A stretch of 64,000 nt of DNA from an uncultured bacterium (GTDB taxonomy: Bacteria; Verrucomicrobiota; Verrucomicrobiia; Verrucomicrobiales; DEV007). The translations under genes were made by a program, and so were the position numbers. The stretch's first letter is position 1. Every line of letters begins with the position of its first letter. Under the pieces are notes generated by a model that did not search any database, was not told where the DNA came from, and saw nothing but the letters and a program-made list of their open reading frames with translations. The stretch is taken from NCBI GenBank assembly GCA_963977015.1, contig CAXBMO010000003.1, positions 414,560 to 478,559 on the forward strand, in the 5' to 3' direction. Shown piece by piece: positions 9,294 to 18,753 of this stretch.

Positions 9294-9323
9294 AACCGGG
9301 TTCGGCGAACCGCCCGGGATTTT

Positions 9324-10001
9324 CTAGCGCGTTCGACGCTCGCCGGGCGGATGCTTCTTCGCCAACTCGGCGAGAAAGGCGATCAGATCGACTTCTGACC
9401 GCTTCCCGATCGATTTGGCCATTTCGCGCATTTTTGCCCCGTCAACATCCAGCTCGTGCCCACCACGCTGCCCGGATCGAAACTTATCGAACTGCGCCTG
9501 AAGGTACCAATTACTCAGTCCCGTAAGCGGCGGGCTTCGGAACACCTTTTCACCATAGCCATTGTAGCGATGGCAAGCGGCGCAATTCTCCATGTAAATG
9601 CGTTCACCACTAACCACATCTCCCTCATCATCAATCGGTTCGATCGGCTTTGCAGGTAGCGCATTGATATAGCGAGCGACCGCCGAGATCTGCGGTTCTT
9701 TCAGCGCCAAAGCCATGGCGCGCATTTGAATTCCAAAAGGATCGGCCGGATCAACCCCGCGTTTTCCTTCGCGAAACTTTTGCAATTGAATCTCGACATA
9801 CCAATACGGGAGATGGGCGATCGATGGCGCCATCTTGCTCTGGTCTCCATGCCCCTCAGGACCATGACAGATGGCGCAGGTGGTCTGGAAGAGAACTTTG
9901 GCGTCCGGGTCTTCAGCGTGGATCGTTTCCGCAAGAAAGGTGAGCAGACTAAGAAGTAGACGCCACGATCTCACGGGGTTCAGACTTTTCGGCAGCCGCA
10001 T
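9324..10001 (-). CDS. Di-haem cytochrome c4/c553
   Basis: Two CxxCH motifs (CAICH, CAACH), each followed by P-x-L/I...WY...Q..KF+.G.R and a Met ligand; signal peptide present. Start uncertain (ATG 10007, ATG 10001 or GTG 9974). Confidence 0.88.
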   Translation of the reverse strand: MRLPKSLNPVRSWRLLLSLLTFLAETIHAEDPDAKVLFQTTCAICHGPEGHGDQSKMAPSIAHLPYWYVEIQLQKFREGKRGVDPADPFGIQMRAMALALKEPQISAVARYINALPAKPIEPIDDEGDVVSGERIYMENCAACHRYNGYGEKVFRSPPLTGLSNWYLQAQFDKFRSGQRGGHELDVDGAKMREMAKSIGKRSEVDLIAFLAELAKKHPPGERRTR

Positions 10002-11856
10002 TGTCATTCGAAACTGGAGCGTCAACAGCAGTCCCAGTCTCCGCACTTCTTGCGGTATCCTTGGCAACAGCTGGGAGTGTAAACCCGAACGTGGATCCAT
10101 TGTTGACCGAAGAGTCAACCCAGATTGATCCATCATGACGTGCCACAATTCTTTTACAGACGGACAATCCGATCCCGGTTCCCGGAAAAGCCTCCCGCGA
10201 ATGAAGGCGCTGAAAAATGAGAAAGATTCGTTCCTGATGTTTGGGGTCGATCCCAATTCCGTTGTCCCTTACCGCAAAACGCCATTTCCCATCGTGTTCC
10301 TTCACACCGACGTGAATGGTCAGGGGATCCTCACTTCGAAATTTCACGGAGTTGGAAATCAAGTTCTGAAACAACTGGGTGATCTGAACGGGGTCTCCAT
10401 TCACCAAGGGAAGATCATCGTAGGTAATCTCCGCGCCACCACTCTCTTCAATCGCCACTTCCAGGTTCTTCATCGCATTCAGCAGCGCCTCCTTGGTATC
10501 AACCGGCTCAAACTTCTTATCCCGAGTACCGACCCTCGCGTAAAGCAGCAACCCACGAATCAGCGACCTCATCCGCTCGGAACCTTCAATGATGAAGCCA
10601 ATGTATTCATCCGCCTCATCGCTCACCTTACCTTGGAACCTTCGAGAGAATAGCTGAACGTAGCTGCTAACGGTTCGAATCGGCTCCTGCAAATCGTGGG
10701 AAGCAATGTAGGCAAACTGTTCCAACTCCTCGTTGGAACGAAGCAGCTCTTCCTCCGCCTTTTTCCGGTTGGTGATATCCGTAATTGAACCCGCCATACG
10801 GGTCGGGTTCCCATTTTCGTCCCTGACGGCCAACCCACGCCCCCGAAACCATTTAAAGGTGCCATCTGCGCAGCGCAATCGGTACTCAACATCATAAGCC
10901 TGGCCGGTTTCCAAATGGTTTCTCAACGCTTCCAGGGTAGCGGCCTTATCCTGGGGATGAATTCGCCCCTGCCAGTTCTCCCAGTCATTGGCCAGTTCAT
11001 CCGGTTGAAATCCCAGCAATTCCTTAAATCGGGGCGTAAAATAGGCCTGGTTGGTTTCGACATCCAAATCCCAAATTCCCTCGTTACTTCCCGCCACAGC
11101 CAAGGCAAAACGTTCCTCACTTTCGGCCAACGCAGCATGAGCGGCACGACTTTCAGCAATTTGAGCTTCCAAATCCCGTGTTCGCTCATCGGAGGTCTGA
11201 ATTAAAATCGGCCATCGCGCGAGAATGAGAGAAACGAGCACAGCGAACGCCAACGCAGCTGCGGGTGCAATCAGTGCCATTTTGCCCAATCGATTGGCTT
11301 CGGCAAAAGCCTCTTCCTGATCAAGTCTGACCAGGATCGCCAAATTCCCCTTCGGAACATACCGGGTCGCAGCCAGCACCCTTTCTCCCGACGGCCCAAT
11401 CGCTTCCACCGCATTGGTCGGCGAATCATGAACCGCCAAATACATCAGGTCACGATCCAATCCGTCATGAATGGCGATGGCTTGGTCGCTCGCCCCGGCC
11501 GGCATCAAATATTGCAGGCCTCCATCCTTCGTTTTCTGCGCAATAATGGTTTCACCGGTCGTTCCCAGCGCACTGTCACTACGGGTCAGGTGCGCCCATT
11601 CTTCTTCCTTGAACTCCAGAACCCGAACCATTTTCTCATCGCCGAAATTCGTCACCAGCTTCTGTTCCCTCGACTTCTGAGTCAGCAAGTCCTCGACCCG
11701 CTGCGCCTGGATATCCGCAAATGCGTTCATTTGCCGATCGATCCGCTCACGATGCCCACCGAAAACCAGCGGGTAAAGAAGCACGCAAAAAACCGTTACC
11801 GGGATAAACCCCGTCAAAAGCAAGGCGATGATGACCTTGGTTCGCGGTCTAGACAT
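9949..11856 (-). CDS. Membrane sensor histidine kinase (2 TM, periplasmic domain, PAS/PAC, HisKA, HATPase)
   Basis: EGIWD...IHPQD...EYR PAS; FAYIASHDLQEP H-box; QLFQNLISN, DNGIG and GTGIGL. Confidence 0.95.
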   Translation of the reverse strand: MSRPRTKVIIALLLTGFIPVTVFCVLLYPLVFGGHRERIDRQMNAFADIQAQRVEDLLTQKSREQKLVTNFGDEKMVRVLEFKEEEWAHLTRSDSALGTTGETIIAQKTKDGGLQYLMPAGASDQAIAIHDGLDRDLMYLAVHDSPTNAVEAIGPSGERVLAATRYVPKGNLAILVRLDQEEAFAEANRLGKMALIAPAAALAFAVLVSLILARWPILIQTSDERTRDLEAQIAESRAAHAALAESEERFALAVAGSNEGIWDLDVETNQAYFTPRFKELLGFQPDELANDWENWQGRIHPQDKAATLEALRNHLETGQAYDVEYRLRCADGTFKWFRGRGLAVRDENGNPTRMAGSITDITNRKKAEEELLRSNEELEQFAYIASHDLQEPIRTVSSYVQLFSRRFQGKVSDEADEYIGFIIEGSERMRSLIRGLLLYARVGTRDKKFEPVDTKEALLNAMKNLEVAIEESGGAEITYDDLPLVNGDPVQITQLFQNLISNSVKFRSEDPLTIHVGVKEHDGKWRFAVRDNGIGIDPKHQERIFLIFQRLHSREAFPGTGIGLSVCKRIVARHDGSIWVDSSVNNGSTFGFTLPAVAKDTARSAETGTAVDAPVSNDNAAAEKSEPREIVASTS

Positions 11857-11987
11857 GAAAGTAATTTTAGAACGATCTCGAATCAGAATGATCGAATGAT
11901 GTGCAACTCGTCGAGCTTAAAGGCCTTATTCCGTAGTTTCCAGAACAAACGAAGGGGCAGGAACCGAAAAGAATGCCCGGCAGGGCA

Positions 11988-12557
11988 TCATCGCAGCATT
12001 TCGTAGAGGGTCCGGTTCGAATCCGTAAGCCATCGAGCATGTAGATCGAGCAAGGTTTCGTAGCCTTCCAAAGATACGATCGGGTCACCGGCAGCCCAAG
12101 TCGGCCCCGAATCCCCTCTCAACAGCGCCCGCACATTCTTATCGAGAACAAATTGAAGATAGTCACGAACCAGAGGTTCGACGAGAATTCCCTGCTCGAT
12201 CCCGCAGGCGATCCCATCGAAAAAGTTCAAAACCGTGACGACATGAAATCGATCTGGTGGATCCAGAAGCGAGTAGTCGGTTCCCTGGACCGTCTTGTTG
12301 TAAATATGCTTGATGGATTCTCTGAGCTGCGGGTCCGTTTCATAACGGCGAACCGCATCAATCGTGGTCTGCCGGACCCGGGCATCTTGAGCGTCACTCA
12401 AATGGGCAACCGCTTTCTTCATGTTCTTGGCTAATCCCCCGAGACTCGAACCGGTTACGATCGCGAGGATCAAAATCGCAACGGCCAGGATACACGTGGC
12501 GAGCGCACTGATCCCATCGGGAGTCTGGAGCAGTTCAGAAAAGTTCATCCCCGCCAT
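11988..12557 (-). CDS. Single-TM protein, DUF4760-like
   Basis: N-terminal TM; VLNFFDGIACGIEQGIL resembles the DUF4760 core motif. Confidence 0.55.
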   Translation of the reverse strand: MAGMNFSELLQTPDGISALATCILAVAILILAIVTGSSLGGLAKNMKKAVAHLSDAQDARVRQTTIDAVRRYETDPQLRESIKHIYNKTVQGTDYSLLDPPDRFHVVTVLNFFDGIACGIEQGILVEPLVRDYLQFVLDKNVRALLRGDSGPTWAAGDPIVSLEGYETLLDLHARWLTDSNRTLYEMLR

Positions 12558-12647
12558 TTCAAGCTACGTGATGGGCGGTTGCAATGAGAATCAGAACTCA
12601 ATCCACCAACTCAGCCCAAACTTTGGATTGGCAAAAGTCCTCAATGG

Positions 12648-13001
12648 CTACCAGGGCGTGGCGGGCAATGTCGACGCCATGTAGGCAGACAAGGCACCGA
12701 GTGCGACCACGACGATCCAGCCGACCGGTCCTTTGAGAAGCCCTTTTTTGGCCACAACGACCATGGCCCCCATCGCCAGCCAAATCAGAAGCTTGGTAAT
12801 AATGGCTCCGTTGAACGGGATCCCCCCTTTGGCAAGAAGGCCAAAACCACTCACCAAAATCAAGAGCAACCCAATTCCATGAAACATGAGGGCCTGCTTT
12901 TTTCCCTGCCCGTTCTTCCCCATCAGAAAGAGTGCACCAAGGCCGGTAAAAAGGCTCATGATACCGATCAGGTGGAGAAGCTTGTAGAATTGTGGGTCCA
13001 T
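12648..13001 (-). CDS. Small 4-TM membrane protein (SirB2-like)
   Basis: YKLLHLIG...HGIGLLLILVSGFGLL...KLLIW; two His residues in TM helices. Confidence 0.7.
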   Translation of the reverse strand: MDPQFYKLLHLIGIMSLFTGLGALFLMGKNGQGKKQALMFHGIGLLLILVSGFGLLAKGGIPFNGAIITKLLIWLAMGAMVVVAKKGLLKGPVGWIVVVALGALSAYMASTLPATPW

Positions 13002-13035
13002 TTCGCTGGCAGCTTGGATGCGAACCTCGGGGACG

Positions 13036-13611
13036 TCAACTTCCCGCCAACTTCTTTGCTTGAGCCTGACTCTCCTCCGATAGCTGGACCAGTTTTACCC
13101 GCATCGACTTCCCATCTTCCCGCATCAAGTCGATGCTGGTTCCATAAAGCCCGACGAATCTTGCTTTAATCACGCTGCCGGCTGCACTCTTCCATTCCAA
13201 CAGCGGGCGTTCGGCCAAAGGAATGGAGCTCATTGGCTTTGGCGGATAAATCGCGGCGCCCTCCAGCAACCATTGTCTCACCTTCTCGATCTCCCCTTCG
13301 GTCAATCGATCGCCTTTTCCGGGAGGCGGCATCGTGTCGTCGCTGTTCGGATCTGAAACATGGTCGAGCAAGACACTTTCATCCGGATCCCCAGGTCGCA
13401 TGGTCGTGTATTTCCCAACATACGTTTCTTCCATGTCCTTCAAATTGTTAAGGGCGAGACCACCCTTCGCATCCTTGCCGTCTTCGTCCGTATGGCATTT
13501 GTTGCACTTTTCCGCGAAAATCGGGAGGATGTCGGTCTGGTAGTCGAGTGCCGCCAAGTTCGATGCAGCGACTCCCAAAATCGAGAGGGTGAGAAGGGTT
13601 TTGGGGATCAT
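13036..13611 (-). CDS. Exported planctomycete-type cytochrome c domain plus SHD1-like domain
   Basis: Signal peptide; DILPIFAEKCNKCH...GGL..., PGDPDES, MPP...W...GA; C-terminal W+S..G..I+A+F..........+EDG+......QLS..SQ. Confidence 0.8.
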   Translation of the reverse strand: MIPKTLLTLSILGVAASNLAALDYQTDILPIFAEKCNKCHTDEDGKDAKGGLALNNLKDMEETYVGKYTTMRPGDPDESVLLDHVSDPNSDDTMPPPGKGDRLTEGEIEKVRQWLLEGAAIYPPKPMSSIPLAERPLLEWKSAAGSVIKARFVGLYGTSIDLMREDGKSMRVKLVQLSEESQAQAKKLAGS

Positions 13612-13651
13612 GAGCGAAAAATGCCCCATCCTGTTGCCTTTGCAAGTCGAC

Positions 13652-14347
13652 TCACCAGTCCTTCTCCACCGGTTTATACTTCGAGGCTTTCCCTTTTTCG
13701 CGGAGTGCTGAATTCTCCACTTCGTGCTGAAGAATATCCTCCGGCTCCACCATCGGCGGGGGGATGTCCTGGGCATCCAGGTCGATGGAGTTGGACTCGC
13801 CACTTTGGGCGGATGGTTCGTTCGCCCCTTCTTCATCGGACTCCTCGTATTCCCCCTCCCCTTCGTCTTCGCTCGCTTCACTCTCTCCCTCTTCTCCCGA
13901 TTCCTCGGAATTCTGTTCTTCGGACTCCTCTCCTTCCTGATTCATCTCGTCCTCAATTTGCCGCGAAATTTGATCCAGCCGCACCAGGGTCAGTTCCAAG
14001 TTCCAACCAGCATCCCGAAAACCCGGGAACATCTCAAGACAGGCCCGATAAGCCTTCACCGCCTGCCGGTAATAGGTCAGCGAAGATTGAGGATCGAGCG
14101 GCTCATCCGCTTTCGCCTGCAGAAACGATGCATTGGCGGCGTTGTAGATCGTCATACAACGATGCTCGGACGTCTCCAGCGATTCGGAAGCGCCCATAAA
14201 CGAAGCAATCGCCATCGCGTAGTTCTTCGCTTCCAATTGTTCATGTCCACGCTGAAACGCTTTGAAGGGAGATTCAGCTTCGGCGCCGAGGCTTCCCAAC
14301 AGCCAAAGGCAAACCGACAACACGACTCTGCTGGAAACATCCGTCAT
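13652..14347 (-). CDS. BatC-like TPR protein with an acidic linker
   Basis: Signal peptide; TPR-like helices (YNAANA, DAGWNLEL); Glu-rich tract; C-terminal KPVEKDW. Overlaps the upstream VWA gene (ATGA). Confidence 0.75.
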   Translation of the reverse strand: MTDVSSRVVLSVCLWLLGSLGAEAESPFKAFQRGHEQLEAKNYAMAIASFMGASESLETSEHRCMTIYNAANASFLQAKADEPLDPQSSLTYYRQAVKAYRACLEMFPGFRDAGWNLELTLVRLDQISRQIEDEMNQEGEESEEQNSEESGEEGESEASEDEGEGEYEESDEEGANEPSAQSGESNSIDLDAQDIPPPMVEPEDILQHEVENSALREKGKASKYKPVEKDW

Positions 14348-15423
14348 GACCGTGGCTTCAAGAGATTGAACCGGCGCCCGTACTTGGCAAATCGAAGAAT
14401 CGGCGGGGCAAGCAGCAACAACGCCGCGGCGAGAAATGCGGGAAAAGTATCTTCCGGACGCATCATCACTTCAGTCTGTCCGGTTCCTGTGGTGCGGAAA
14501 TGGCGAACCGAGTTTTGATAGATCTCGCCAAGTTGGAGGGCCTGTGTTCCGGCATGGAGAAACACCCCATGACGGCATGCATCCGACAACTCCTTCAAAC
14601 TGGCCGCCTCCAGCTTCGTCCAGATTTCCCGATCCTCATGCACCACAAAACCGGTGAGGTCACCAGCCTCATCGTATTCCGGAATTCTGGCGCCCTGACG
14701 ATCATCGCCGACTCCGGCTACGATGAAATAGACACCCAAGTTTTCGAGCCGCTTCACCGCCTTGGTCGGCTGACTTTCCTGGTCACCGCCATCGCTCACC
14801 AGAATGAGATCCTGCATTCCACGCCGGTTGGTGGTGAGCAACTTGTCACACGTCTTGTGAATCGCGTCACCAATTCGCGTTCCGCCGATTCTGACCTCAC
14901 CCAGAGCGACCGTGTAAGGACCGGCCTCCTCCAGCTTGTCGAAAAAATAGGTGTAATCGGTCGTTAGCGGACAAAGAATCGAGGCGGCCCCCGAAAACAC
15001 GACGAGCGCAACGCGATCTCCATTGAGGCTCTCGACGCAATCTCGAATCGCGATTTTCGCGGCGCCAAGCCGATCCGGAGCGAGGTCCTGAGCCAACATG
15101 CTTCGAGAGACATCGAGGAGAAAAACCACATCCCGCCCTTCGCTGAGAACTTCGACGGGAACCTGTCGCCAGGCAGGGCGCGCCAATGACAGAATAATCA
15201 ATCCTGCCGCCATCAACACACAGGCAAACTCAAGACGCCGATCAAAGATCAGGCCTTGGGATTCACCACGACTCCCGGCAAACTGTGCCAACGCTTCCCG
15301 TCGCTTTTTCTCCGCATGAACGAAGAGAAAGCCCGCGGCAGGCAAGAGCGGAAGCAACAAAAGAGCCACCGGGTTTTGAAACCGCTTGGTGGGTGTAACT
15401 CGTTTTCTGGATCGCCAACGCAT
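14344..15423 (-). CDS. BatB-like VWA-domain membrane protein
   Basis: LARP-x-W; MIDAS DVSRSM; PDRL; DRVALVVFSG; PLTTDY; GT-x-IGDAI; SDG; C-terminal TM. Confidence 0.88.
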   Translation of the reverse strand: MRWRSRKRVTPTKRFQNPVALLLLPLLPAAGFLFVHAEKKRREALAQFAGSRGESQGLIFDRRLEFACVLMAAGLIILSLARPAWRQVPVEVLSEGRDVVFLLDVSRSMLAQDLAPDRLGAAKIAIRDCVESLNGDRVALVVFSGAASILCPLTTDYTYFFDKLEEAGPYTVALGEVRIGGTRIGDAIHKTCDKLLTTNRRGMQDLILVSDGGDQESQPTKAVKRLENLGVYFIVAGVGDDRQGARIPEYDEAGDLTGFVVHEDREIWTKLEAASLKELSDACRHGVFLHAGTQALQLGEIYQNSVRHFRTTGTGQTEVMMRPEDTFPAFLAAALLLLAPPILRFAKYGRRFNLLKPRS

Positions 15424-15429
15424 CGTGCC

Positions 15430-17337
15430 TTAGGTGCCAACTCCCAGTTTGGCGAGAATCGATTCCACATCGTAAACACATCCGCCCCAACTTCCACCGC
15501 TCGCATTTTGAAGCGCCCCCCACAGCCGGGTGTCGTCAGGGACGGCTGGATTGATCTTGAACACCGGATTTCGACTTCGCGACTCCAAGGAATCCTCTCC
15601 CACAAAGTTCAATTCTCCCTTGAGGTTGCGGGTATCAATTCGGATGCGAATCGGATCCCCGTCGCGGAGCTTCCCAATCGGGCCGTCGGCAAGGGCTTCC
15701 GGGCTGACGTGGCCAATGCAGGCACCGGTGGACACCCCCGAGAAACGCGCATCCGTGAGCAAGGCGACATGTTTACCGAACGGCAGATATTTCAGAGCCA
15801 TGGTCAGTTGGGCGGTTTCCGGCATTCCCGCCCCCACGGGACCGATTCCCGCCAACACCAGAACATCGCCCGCTTTGATCTGGTCCGATTTGATCGCAGC
15901 GATGGCTTCGGGCTCATTCCCAAACACTTTGGCCGGCCCTTCGTGAAGAAAAATGCCATTCTCGCCAATCACCGTGGGATCAATCGCCGTGCTTTTGATC
16001 AACGCGCCATCGGTTGCCAAATTGCCAGTGAGAAAGGTCGTCGTGCTCGTCAACCCAGCCTTCTTCGCAGCGGTTGGTGACATGATTACCTCATCCGGAT
16101 CTATCCCATCCAATTCGTGAAGTTTTTCGCGCAATCGCGTGCGACGTTCCGAATTTTCCCACCAATCGAGATTCTCTTCCAGGGACTGGGATGCTGCCGT
16201 TTTCGCATTGAGCCGGAGAAGCCCCGCGGCCCTCAGGTGCAACATGACTTCAGGAACGCCTCCCGCCAAAAAGACCTGAACCGTGGCAAAATGCTGCGGT
16301 CCATTCGGCAAAGCGTCAACCAAACGGGGAATTTCCTGATTCACCTTGGCCCAGTCCTGAACCGTCGGGCGAGGTAATCCCGCCGCGTGAGCGATCGCGG
16401 GAAGGTGCATAATCAAATTGGTCGAACCTCCAAACGCAGCATGGAGAACCATGGCATTGTGGATCGAGTCTTCCGTCAACACATCTCCCATCGTGGTCCC
16501 ACTCTTCCGCATGGCCAGCAAAGCCTGGGCGCTGCGAACGGCCATGTCTTTCCAGATTTCAGCGCCACTTGGGCATAGCGCCGAATGCGGCAAGCTCATC
16601 CCGAGAGCCTCGCCGATCACCTGACTTGATGCGGCGGTTCCCAAAAATTGACATCCGCCACCGGGGGACGAGCACGCTTTGCAACCTTGCTCAGCCGCAT
16701 GCTCCAGAGTCACGTCGCCATGGGCATAGCGCGAACCGATCGTCTGCACTTTTGCCAAGTCCTCCGCATCTTCGCTGACGAGGGAAACTCCACCCGGCAC
16801 CAAAATTCCGGGTAACTTTGAGCTTCCGGCCAACGCCATCATCATGGCCGGCAGCCCCTTGTCACAAGTTGCAACCCCCATGACCCCTTTTGCAGTGGGC
16901 AGAGACCGAATCTGGCGCCGGAAAATCATCGCCGCATCATTGCGATACGGGAGCGAATCAAACATTCCGGTCGTTCCCTGGCTGCGCCCGTCACAAGGGT
17001 CGCTGCAAAACGCCGCAAACGGTATCCCGCCATGGGTCGCCAGTTCTCGCGCCGCTTCCGCCATGAGAATCCCAACTTCCCAATGGCCGGTGTGATACCC
17101 CAATGCGACAGCTGATCCGTCTTCGCGACGAATTCCGCCCTGCGTACTCAAGATGACGTAGTCTTCACCCGTCAATTTCCGCGGATCCCATCCCATCCCG
17201 ACGTTTTGAGTCCACCCAAAGAGGTCACCACTCGGTGCTTTGGCCAGGAATTCGTCCTTGAAAGGGAGAGAACCGGATGGACCTGGAGCGGAGGTCCGAA
17301 TGGAGAAAATCTCTTCGTTGGAGGAATCTAAAATCAT
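15430..17337 (-). CDS. YjhG/YagF-family sugar-acid (D-xylonate) dehydratase, IlvD/Edd superfamily
   Basis: GDLFGWTQNVGMGW, ALGYHTGHWE, DPCDGRSQG, TCDKGLP, GGGCQFLGTA, GGSTN and TDARFSGVSTG. Confidence 0.92.
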   Translation of the reverse strand: MILDSSNEEIFSIRTSAPGPSGSLPFKDEFLAKAPSGDLFGWTQNVGMGWDPRKLTGEDYVILSTQGGIRREDGSAVALGYHTGHWEVGILMAEAARELATHGGIPFAAFCSDPCDGRSQGTTGMFDSLPYRNDAAMIFRRQIRSLPTAKGVMGVATCDKGLPAMMMALAGSSKLPGILVPGGVSLVSEDAEDLAKVQTIGSRYAHGDVTLEHAAEQGCKACSSPGGGCQFLGTAASSQVIGEALGMSLPHSALCPSGAEIWKDMAVRSAQALLAMRKSGTTMGDVLTEDSIHNAMVLHAAFGGSTNLIMHLPAIAHAAGLPRPTVQDWAKVNQEIPRLVDALPNGPQHFATVQVFLAGGVPEVMLHLRAAGLLRLNAKTAASQSLEENLDWWENSERRTRLREKLHELDGIDPDEVIMSPTAAKKAGLTSTTTFLTGNLATDGALIKSTAIDPTVIGENGIFLHEGPAKVFGNEPEAIAAIKSDQIKAGDVLVLAGIGPVGAGMPETAQLTMALKYLPFGKHVALLTDARFSGVSTGACIGHVSPEALADGPIGKLRDGDPIRIRIDTRNLKGELNFVGEDSLESRSRNPVFKINPAVPDDTRLWGALQNASGGSWGGCVYDVESILAKLGVGT

Positions 17338-17394
17338 GGGGGCTTCGATGACGAATCGAAGCCTAGCTTTGTCGATCTTCGTTCGCAAGGACGC

Positions 17395-18633
17395 TTAGGC
17401 CCCAGCATTCGCGGACATCTGCGTCGAAACAACCTGCTCTCCGGTTTCATAGATGTCATTTGCGGACCCGACAACAAGAGGATCCATGTCATCCAACAAG
17501 GCATGATCCTTGCCGTCATAGGGAATATCCTTGAGCATGAACTTGATCGCATTGAGGCGAGCTCGTTTCTTGTCATCGGAACGGACAATCGTCCAAGGAG
17601 CATCGGCGGTGTCAGAGTAAAAAAGCATCGACTCTTTCGCCTGAGTGTAGTCGTCCCACCGGCCGAGGGATTCGACATCCATCGGACTCAGCTTCCATTG
17701 CTTCAACGGATCCTTCGCACGGCCCATAAACCGCCGCAGTTGCTCTTCGCGGCTCACCGAAAACCAGAATTTGAACAATCGAATCCCGCTTCGAGCCAGC
17801 ATTCGCTCGAATTCGGGAGCCTGGCGCATGAACTCCAAATACTCGTTCGGCTTGCAAAATCCCATCACACGTTCAACACCGGCACGGTTGTACCAGGAAC
17901 GATCAAAAAAGACCATTTCGCCGCTGGTTGGCATCTTTTGAACATACCGTTGGAAATACCACTGTCCTTTTTCACTGTCAGAAGGCTTTGCCAGAGCTAC
18001 CACACGAGCCCCCCGAGGGTTCAAATTCTCCACGAACCGCTTGATCGTCCCGCCCTTTCCGGCCGCGTCACGACCTTCAAACACAGCGACAATCCGTTCC
18101 CCCGACTTCCCAACCCACGCCTGCATTTTCACCAACTCAATTTGGAGCAACTCGATCTGACGTTCGTATTCAGCCGACTTCATCACCTTCTTATAGGGAT
18201 AAGCATCGCTGATGATCGTTGACTTCTTCTTTGTACTTTTGACCCGCTCGGTAAGTTCTGGAGGGATGCATTTCTGGACCTTTTCCTCGATCACCGCAAC
18301 CATTGGAAACGCAGCCATCAACGGGTCAGGACTGGCGGGAGCCGTTTCCGGAGGAGCGGGAGCTGGCTCGGGAGGACTCGCCACCGCTTCGGGTTCTGGC
18401 ACAGCCGACTCGGGCATTTCCACCTCGGGCATCATCGCCTCGTCGCCCTCAACTTCCGGCACGTCAGCTTTGGCAACAACGGGTTCTTCAACAACGATTG
18501 GTGCTTCCTCTTGAATCTCGAGCGGCTCGGAGTCTGGCGCTTCGACCAACGGTTCTGGAGAATCTGCAGGAATCTCGCCCTTCATTGGATCGACGGGAGG
18601 TTCAATGACCTTAGGTTTGAAAAAATGGCTCAT
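17395..18633 (-). CDS. ppk2: Polyphosphate kinase 2 (class I-like) with a Pro/Glu-rich N-terminal extension
   Basis: FEGRDAAGKGG, QWYFQRY, FDRSWYNRAGVERVMGF, WKLSPMD and SDDKKRAR. Confidence 0.95.
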   Translation of the reverse strand: MSHFFKPKVIEPPVDPMKGEIPADSPEPLVEAPDSEPLEIQEEAPIVVEEPVVAKADVPEVEGDEAMMPEVEMPESAVPEPEAVASPPEPAPAPPETAPASPDPLMAAFPMVAVIEEKVQKCIPPELTERVKSTKKKSTIISDAYPYKKVMKSAEYERQIELLQIELVKMQAWVGKSGERIVAVFEGRDAAGKGGTIKRFVENLNPRGARVVALAKPSDSEKGQWYFQRYVQKMPTSGEMVFFDRSWYNRAGVERVMGFCKPNEYLEFMRQAPEFERMLARSGIRLFKFWFSVSREEQLRRFMGRAKDPLKQWKLSPMDVESLGRWDDYTQAKESMLFYSDTADAPWTIVRSDDKKRARLNAIKFMLKDIPYDGKDHALLDDMDPLVVGSANDIYETGEQVVSTQMSANAGA

Positions 18634-18753
18634 GGGATATGCGTTAAGACTTGGAGGGAGCGGCTACTGCCTCCCTATCTTCAACACAGCAGGCAACATG
18701 CCACTCCGCTGATCATTTGCGTTATTCCAGTCCAGCGTTTCCCAAAAGGGACC

